This document shows, one piece after another, positions 28,001 to 37,000 of a stretch of DNA of 64,000 bases (position 1 is the stretch's first letter; every line of letters begins with the position of its first letter). The notes beneath the pieces are model-generated. The model saw only the letters and a program-made list of their open reading frames with translations. It had not been told where the DNA came from and searched no databases. The position numbers were made by a program, and so were the translations under genes. The DNA is from Thalia democratica. Its lineage: Eukaryota. Location of the stretch: assembly GCA_965202585.1 (NCBI GenBank), contig OZ241828.1, positions 34,224,001 through 34,288,000 of the forward strand. Direction: 5' to 3'.

Positions 28001-31000
28001 AGTTTTAGAGAAAACATTTTTATGGTATCGATTTTCTTAGTAAATATATTAAACTATAAATGTTTGAATAATTATTAAGAATTTTCTTTTAACGGATCTC
28101 CTAATTTAAAAGTTTCGAAATGTATATATAATATTTTTAATTAATCTACTTTTTTTCTTAGACTAATGTGATGATTAAAACAATTGAACTATAAGTTTAT
28201 ATGCTACATTAATCTATATTTTAAGTTACCATCTGTTACAAAATAAAGTATAAATCTTTTAAAGTACAACAACAACGGTAAATCTTTTTTAATAGCAATC
28301 TGATAGCGGAATGTATAGTTGTCTTGTATCAGATGAAAACGGAAAAACTTCTTTTTCAATGAAACTAACTATAGCTTGTTAGTTAATGATTTTTCCTTTT
28401 TTGGATATTTCAAATTGTCTAAGTGTATAGAGTCTGTTTTAATAAATCACTGCTACAAAACATTTAGTAAATAGTTAAGTGTTACGTTTTTTTAACATAA
28501 AAACTGTTTTAAAAAACTTCTTAAATACCAAAATGTATCAAGAAAAAACAATCTAAAATTATATGTACACAATTTCTAATTAAAGTTTTAATGCTAAAGA
28601 AGTTTACTCAAATTTTAAACTAGTAATAAAAAAACTACCAAAATATTAATTTATTTAGCCATAGGAGATCAATTTCAAGACACTTCGGACGCTGAAGAAA
28701 AGATTCCGAAAATTTTAGGTTACCCTGAATTAGTTTCATCAACAAGTGACTCATTAAAATTAAAGTGGAGTCCTTCAATATTATCAGTTGATGATCAACC
28801 AGTTCACTACGAACTTGCATACTTTCAGTGAGTCATTTTTATTTAGAACTAAGTCAGTTTTCACAGCAAGCTATTAAAGTTTTGTTTACTTCTTGATAAG
28901 GATCAAAAATAATAAATAAATGAAGTAGTTTTAAAAATAATAAGGCAAAAGCTATATAAAAATTTTGTATTAAGTCTCAAAAAATTACTAGTAAACAGTT
29001 TTTTGACAGTATATGATACGCTTACTTTTAATATATTATTAATATAATGTTAATTGTGTAATGTTGGACTCAGGTATCAAAACCTTAGCCACTTAAACAG
29101 GACACATAATGAGAAAAATAAAAATAAAATACATTTCTATTCAACAAAAAATAAACATAAATAAAACATTAAACAAATTTTGAATTATAAAAACCTCATT
29201 AATAAGTTTAAACTTGTTTGATTGATATAAAAGACGATAACTTAGTACATACAAAGATATTTGTACAAAATTAATAAAAGTTTTTTAATAGTCTGTTAGG
29301 GTAGGCGTAAGGAAATAAAACTAATTAGTATTACAAATAGATAAAAGAAGAAATCACTAGTTAATTTGGATGGGGTAAACACTATAAAAAATATTTATTT
29401 ATTTTTCTCTTATGTTTTTGTGGAAAGTTACTGAAATTTACTGATATGTATACTATTTGAACTAAATTTCTTTAGTTTAAGCAAAAATGTTCCACCCTTT
29501 TACACGATACTACATCCTGTGGTAACTAATTTTTAAAATTTAATTTACTAACATCAAGAATAAAACATAAAATCTAAATAAAAGCATTAAAATAGTTGAT
29601 TGTGCTTATAACTGTAGTTAATCTTATAATAATTACTTCAGGATAGGACAAAAGTTAAAAGAATGGAATGTGATGCCAAGAACACTTTCTACTGAGGTTG
29701 AAATAAATAGACTTCAACCTTCAAAACCGTGTTATATAAAATTACAAGCTTTTAATGATTATGGAGCAAGTCAAACATCAATTGTACCAATCGCTTACTA
29801 CACACAAGGTTTATTACTTTTATCTATTTATTTATTTTTATTTTAAAACTCTTAGTTTGCGTTTTAATTGTTAACTTCATCCTCAAACGTTATTATCTAA
29901 AATTTAAACAAGTAAGTAAAACTTATTCAACTTGATATGAGATATTCAACATACTTAATTAAATTTGTGTTTAAGTTAAAAATTAAAAAAAAAAACACAA
30001 AATTATAAACTAGTATAAACTAATACTAAAGTGTTTACTGAGCTAACTAAAGTAAAAAAAAAACAGTAAAATTTTCTGCCATCTTTTGTTATACTCTACT
30101 GAAAGATAAAAAGTTGACATTTGAATGGATTTCAGAAGCGAACGTTGTTTAAAAATTATCACCGTTTCGATTGTGTCAAACTTTGACTTATCGCTATTCA
30201 TCATCAAGCATTTAGTATTCAAATTAATTTCACGGGATTTACTACATTTTATAAGTTTTTTCGGTAAAAACAACTTACTTGTGCATTAGCACAAGTTTAG
30301 TTGCAGCGAAGTTGTAATTACAAAGTAAAATCTTTCTTTTTTCGTTAAACACACTTAAAAGTGCTTGCATTGTCTCCTTTAATGGTTTCTTTTAGCAAAG
30401 TAAAGATCTAATTTTGCTTGCATAAGACACGCCTAATCCATAATTAAATACTTTAAAATGGGTCGTCTTTAATAGTGATGAATTAAACTTTGTTTACTTA
30501 GCCTATATTGGTTAGGGTAGTGCTTGGTCATTAATCTTTTTTTATTGCAATTCATCTAAAAATTTATTTTACAGAGCTTGGATACGACAATAAATCAGAA
30601 AATGAAATATTTTTTAAACCAAGAATATTTGATGACAGTTTAGAAGCCTCATTAGTTTATGTTTCAAAACAGAAGTTCTTGCAAATTAAATGGAACATTA
30701 AAGACGAAGAAAACGTTTGCAGTAAAATTGACGGATTTCAAATCAGATCATATTTGTTTAATGGTAAAAATGATGAAGTTGAACTTGACGCTGTTTCTTG
30801 CAATCAGAGGTAAACTAACATCATATTATGTGTTTAATTAAATATAAATATTATTTTTGAAATATAAAACGGCAAGATTTAGTAAAAACATCTAATTTTA
30901 ATTGAAAGTTATACTAAACATTAGTAATAATAATTGAACTCATAAACAATTTCATTATTTCGAGTTACTTATTTTACAACAGGTTTTATAACTTACCTAC

Positions 31001-34000
31001 TGAGCAAGGATATAATTATGCTGTTGAAATATTAGCATATGCAGGAAAATCAGTTGAAAAATATTGGATTTCAGCAACTGTTACGTCTGAATTACAAGGT
31101 GAATTTTACATAATTAATAGAAAACAATCATAAAAGATCACAATTTTATAAAATATTAATGTTTACTTAATAATAGTAATAAGTTTTTACTATTTTATAA
31201 GTATTTAAAAGCGGGTTAATATTTTGAATAAAAATGATTTAACGGATATATATTTATTAAATTTAGTGATAATTCTTCAACCAATCAAGATTCGAGACCA
31301 TCAAAAAACCGATGATGGTTTAGAAGTAGTTTGGGGCCTTCCGAACTTACGAAAACAATTTAATGACGTCATTGATTATTACGTCATCACTTGCAAAGGA
31401 AAAATGAAAACTAAAGTCTCGTATTTTGAAGCTAAAGAACTTTCTCAACTAGATGAAACTAACGTGACTTCAACTTGTTCTAGTTTTAGTTTTGATGAAG
31501 TGAAGGAAGTAACATTAGAATTTGTAACAAAATTAGGAGGTGGTCCGTCTTCAAAAGTTTCGTTTGTTGGTTAGTTTTGAAAAATATTAACTTTTTTTTG
31601 TTTACAATTTTTCTTAATACTAGTTATACGTTGATAGTATTTAGTTTATTACAAAATACACGCACTGCACTGCTTGTTTTTAATTATCTTAAACTATACT
31701 CACAGTAGCAAAAGACAAAATAAAAGAAGTAACTACACAAGTATCAACAACAACGACAACGGAAAGACCTAAAAGCAACACTATGCCCCCACAACAAGAC
31801 TTTTGGACAACCACCACGGGATATATTGTCATGGCCTGTGGTGGATTTGTACTGATTTTAGCAGTCGTTGTGTTTTTCTATGTACGTCGAAGAAAGAATC
31901 CAAAGTTTTTGAATAGACCAAGTAAGTCTTGTTTTCGTTTTAAATAATATGTAGATTTTTATGTATATTTAAACTAAAATTTTTAGTTAACCATTTGACA
32001 CGATTCACTTCAATTTCCCACGTGGGTTCTTGTGCTTCAACACTTCAAGTGGCAGGTTTTTATAAATGTTTGTAAAGAGTCACGATGTCTTATTTCAATA
32101 AAAGACTTATCAAAAGAGAAAAGTTATTATGTATTTGATTCATTGTAAAACTGTCCATGTATTTAGATAAAAAAATAAATATACTTTACTATAAAAAATT
32201 TTCTCAATTATAAAACTTAGAAAAATAGCTCGATGTGTGATCGAAAATAATTTGGTTTCAATTTATTTTCCGGCTTCCGTGTTGTCAATTGACTTAAAGT
32301 TGAAAACTGCCTGTTAAATATTAATTTTACAACATTGTACTTGCATGCCAATTGATGTTTATTCCGTTAAATATTGATTTTCTATTACACCCCTATTCAT
32401 CATACTCTTACTTGGCAAGACACAATAACCGTCTATTAGCCGAATACAGTCTATCAATAATGGCCTATTGAAAAAGGTTTACATAATTCTGTTATCATTG
32501 TAAATAGCGCTATGTATTGTTCACATTGTTTGAAGCTTTATAACAACATAATATATTAGAGTTCTAATTTTATATAACAATTAACAAAGTGTTTTAACAT
32601 AATTTATATATTTATAACAAAACCAACATTAGTTTAGACCATTTAATCTTATAGCGTTCACCTGTGTACACCATAAATTCAAATACGTATGTACTATTGT
32701 ACAGCAGATTATAATGAAAATTGGTTCCGAACTCACAATTATTACAAGTGCTTAAAAATTTTAATCTATGTTTTTTACGAAAAGTGTTTAAAAAAGTTTT
32801 AACTTTACAATCTGCTTTAATTTGATTTTTTTACAACAGGTAGTCACAGATACAATCCACCCTTACACCAGTTTGATATGGGTATCCTTGATAAGCCCGT
32901 CCCTTCATATAACAACCAAACAAACTACTCTAAAACGGGTGATCGCGTTGTTGGCAATGGTGGTGAAAGTGTTTATATTTCACCTTCCGGAGTTTCCCTA
33001 AATAATTACAATAATCTTAATGTGAATGGCACTTGTCATCAAAGCTCTTCAAGGTTCGTCTTTAAATAACTTTTTTTTACTTATGCAAATCATTTAAAGT
33101 ACGTTTTTAAGAGTAAAGTGTTGATTCAGGCAACAGAAACAAATGAAATTATGATTTTGAATTTTTAAAACTAGTGATGAAGCAAAACTTTATTAACTTT
33201 ATACTGTTATCTTATTTGTTTGTTAAACCAATTAAAACTTTAAACTCATAGACTATTAAGTAACTGAATACCATTTTTAAAGTTTAAAAAGATCTTATTC
33301 GGAAAAGTTTTAAGCAACATTTAACATAAGCAGTTTACAATATTTAGATAAGGGTTTCCCAAAGCGGGCTATATCAATCTTTTTTGGAGCGATTTTGGTT
33401 TTTGGGGGTTTAACTAGTTAGGCGGCGAAAAAGCAAATTGGTAATAGTTGTAAAGGAGCAATAACTAAAAACTGAGTGAGATTATTTTTCAAATTTCCGG
33501 GAATTTCTAGAAAATTGAAAACAATTAATGTAATAAATCAAAGGAAATCGTGATTAAGATATTTAAAGTAAAATAAAATGTAGAAGAACCCTAATAATTT
33601 GTCTAAACTATAAACAACGCTTATTATACACTTATATTTTTAATTAAATAATAAAATATTATTTTACAGAGGAGGATCAGTAAGTGATACACTTCAGCAA
33701 TCTCCTGTTTATTCATATATGAATGGAAATAATAAAACTTTCAACCAGCAAAACTACTCAATACAACCTCGAATGCAAGTTTCAGTACAGAATAAACTAT
33801 GTTTTGTTTTATTAGTCAAACGATAAACAATTAGTTTAACTCTGAAATAGTAAAATAAATTAGTTCTGTATAAAATACTGTTTTTGTTGTTGTTTTTAAA
33901 TATTAATCATTCATTCTTTTTAATAAAACAAAATACGAATTTTAATTTCTACTGTTGATTTTGTAATTGTACCTGCATGTTTTAATTTTGAGAAAACCTA

Positions 34001-37000
34001 GACATAGAACTAAAGCAAAAACTTAAGCTTATAGTAAGTTTAAAAACTAGTATTTTATTTTTACTTTCTCAAGAAACTGATGTTACTAAATATTTAAGTT
34101 AAATTAAAAATATGTTTATTATAAAACATAACCATCTAAAACATTTTTAACTTTTTAGTTTTCTAATAGAATACTTGTTTTTATACTTGTTTTAATAAAT
34201 CAAAAAAGTTTTTATATCAGATATCACCTAAACGGTTTAAAAAAAATATATAAAATACTTCTTTTAAAACTTTGAAATTTATCGATTACTTAGTCATTAA
34301 AACAAAAGCCTACATTATGACAGAAATTTTTTTAGCTTATTTTGTCTAACTTAGTTACGTGATACACATTATGTAAAACTAATATATTTTTTTCAAAGTA
34401 TGCTTTATTTTAGCTTACAAGAGAAACATCATGAACACAATAAATCAGCACCTAGTCCACAATTATCGCAAAAAATTAAAGCTAGCCAACTGTAAGTGAC
34501 TTTATTTTATATTTTGTAAAAAAAGGTATAATAATAAAAACTATAAAAAATATTTCAAAATATAAAACGAACATTTATTTTTAATTATTCTTTTTCAATT
34601 TTAACTCTGATTAATCTAGTATATGACAATTAAATACAAATTTATCGATTCGTATGAAAGTTTGCAAAAAAACTTTTCTGCTCGTCTTGAAAAGTTTTAT
34701 ACTTTTTTTAAACTTTATTGTATTTTTTAATACAATTATTTTCTAGTTTTAAACGAAAGTCAAGTTTCTTTTTTAAGTTAAAAAAAAAGTCAAACTTCTA
34801 TTGCAATTAGTGTTTAATATTCAAAGAAAGTCTACAATAGAAATTGATAAGTGCTAACTATTATTTGAACTTTATAATTTATCTTTTAGAAGTCTGAGTA
34901 GTGGAAGTATGCTACATTCTGCCGATGGAAGATCTACTAATTCAGGTCAGCAGAGAAGAACAAATTATCCAGACGACATTTCAACTCAAAAACGAATTAA
35001 TTTGCAAAGTTCGCAGTCAGCTGTTAATAATAGCAGAAACCAGTTGCCATTCCAAAATCAAGAGCAAAATCAAAGTTATACAAATCAAAGGTACATTACT
35101 AATAAATATAAAAAGTTTAGTAAAAACCATTTGTTTTTTTTAATGATCTTGTGTTATAATGAGACGTATATAATATCAAACCTTAAAACCTGTTGCAAAA
35201 ACTCTTAGAAAATTGTTTTTAGACTTCAAGGAAATTATCAAAACAATCAACCAATTTTAGTTGCAAGTGCCTCAGCTATCAATACTAAGATGAATGTCAC
35301 AAAAAGAATACCTCGTAAGTTTATAAAATATATGACATTTTATTTTGTAAGGTTGTTTTTCATTTTGTAATAATATTTTTCAGCTAAAAGTTCATATATG
35401 ATGAATTCACTTGGAGGACAAAACGTTGTTTCCATGACAACTGACGACCAATACGCTTCTTCAGGTGAAGAATCATTTGACATGCCGTCTGCATCTCAGG
35501 TGGGAGTAGCGCCACCTAGCAACAATCACTACAACCACCGTAGCAACCAACAGGGTCAGTTTCATCTAGCAACCGTGGAAGAAGTAGCAACAGCAAGCAA
35601 TCGTATCCATGACAACGACCCGTTGCTAGAAAACCCCCATCAAAACTTTAATCAAAGACGTCAAAATCACGGAAGCGCGACGAATTCTTCTGTGACGTCA
35701 TACAACCATCATACGGGCGACAGCGGAATGAGTGCTGGTCAGGCTAGCAACGAGCATAGCAGCGTTCGTAGTGACGTACCACGTGACCACGTACCTGCGT
35801 TTATAGATGAGAAATTTGTTGGGTCGCCACCAATGAGTTCAGTTTCTGTTCATAGCGGATACAACAGCACAGCTTCGAGTTGTTGGCAGTTTCAGCAGCC
35901 GAAAACAAGAAATCATCCAGCAAATCAAGTGATTCCTGAAGAACTTGATTGCGAGCAACAAATTCACAGTAAGTTTTTGTTTTGATTTTCTCTTAGCAAA
36001 AAGTCTTTAAGTTTTGAAAAAAAATTGTACTTATTTACTTTCGATTTAGATAAATGTTAGCATTTGCAAGCTACTTCTTATTTTACCCTTTCATACATTG
36101 TTAATTAAACAAATATGTAATACTTAATAAATAAATAAAAAAGTTACTATTACTTTTTAGTTTTCAAAATTTATAATATGTTTTTTACTTTTTCTCAAAT
36201 AACAAAACAATGATATTATTTTATTTTTCTAAGTTATTAAATACAAAAGTTAAGTATTTTTTTTCTAAGTTTAAAATACTTTCCAAAGTGAAGTAATCAA
36301 TTAGTTGCAAGGCTAAGTCGGAAATGACATAATGTAACTTTTACAGTCTAAAAGACAAACTTAGCTGAATCGATTTTTTTATTTGAACGCTCGTAAACTT
36401 ATTCGATTTTCTATGTGTGAATTATAAAAGATTTTAGCTATATTTCGGTTTTTTTACTATAAATTTTTAAGAACTTTTGGAATTCACCACATATGTAGTT
36501 TTGCAAACTTTGTAGCATTTTGATAATCAAACTGAGTTATTTTTATATAATTTTATTGAGTTAAATTTTGTTATTTAACATAAACTTAAATATTTACACA
36601 GTTTTATAAAGTTGATGAATTTTAGCTTTATACTTTAAAATCATTATAATTTATTGCAAGTAAACTTTTATATATTTGTATAACGTTTTTTTTAATGTAA
36701 TTTATGTTAACTTTATTGGTTAAAACACCTAAAGTGGTATTTAACATGCTAATATGTTACTATCAAATGTATAAAATATTATAGTTTTTAAGTGTTATTA
36801 AGTTAATTTTTTTAAACCAAAAACTATTAAAAAATTTACTGTAATATATTCAAAAAAATATCAGTTTCTCAGAAGTACTAACCACAGTAATACGTTGTTT
36901 TTGATTTATTAAAACTTTTAAAAAAGTTTAGTATACTTATTGTTCTATGAAAACTTTTTTTGCGATGTTTTTCTTTAAAAACCCTATGTATTTAAACTAA

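Noticed and set aside
32882-32889. GTATCCTT, a U12-type 5' splice-site match inside exon 20
   Set aside because: Explained by codons G-I-L; no good U12 branch site followed by a nearby AG
24143-35143. Antisense or alternate-frame ORFs over real exons (24143..24382, 28635..28820, 30659..30841, 34901..35143) and intronic ORF 30043..30273
   Set aside because: Shadows of the robo exons, or featureless intronic ORFs; the Ig/FN3 frame explains the exon sequence
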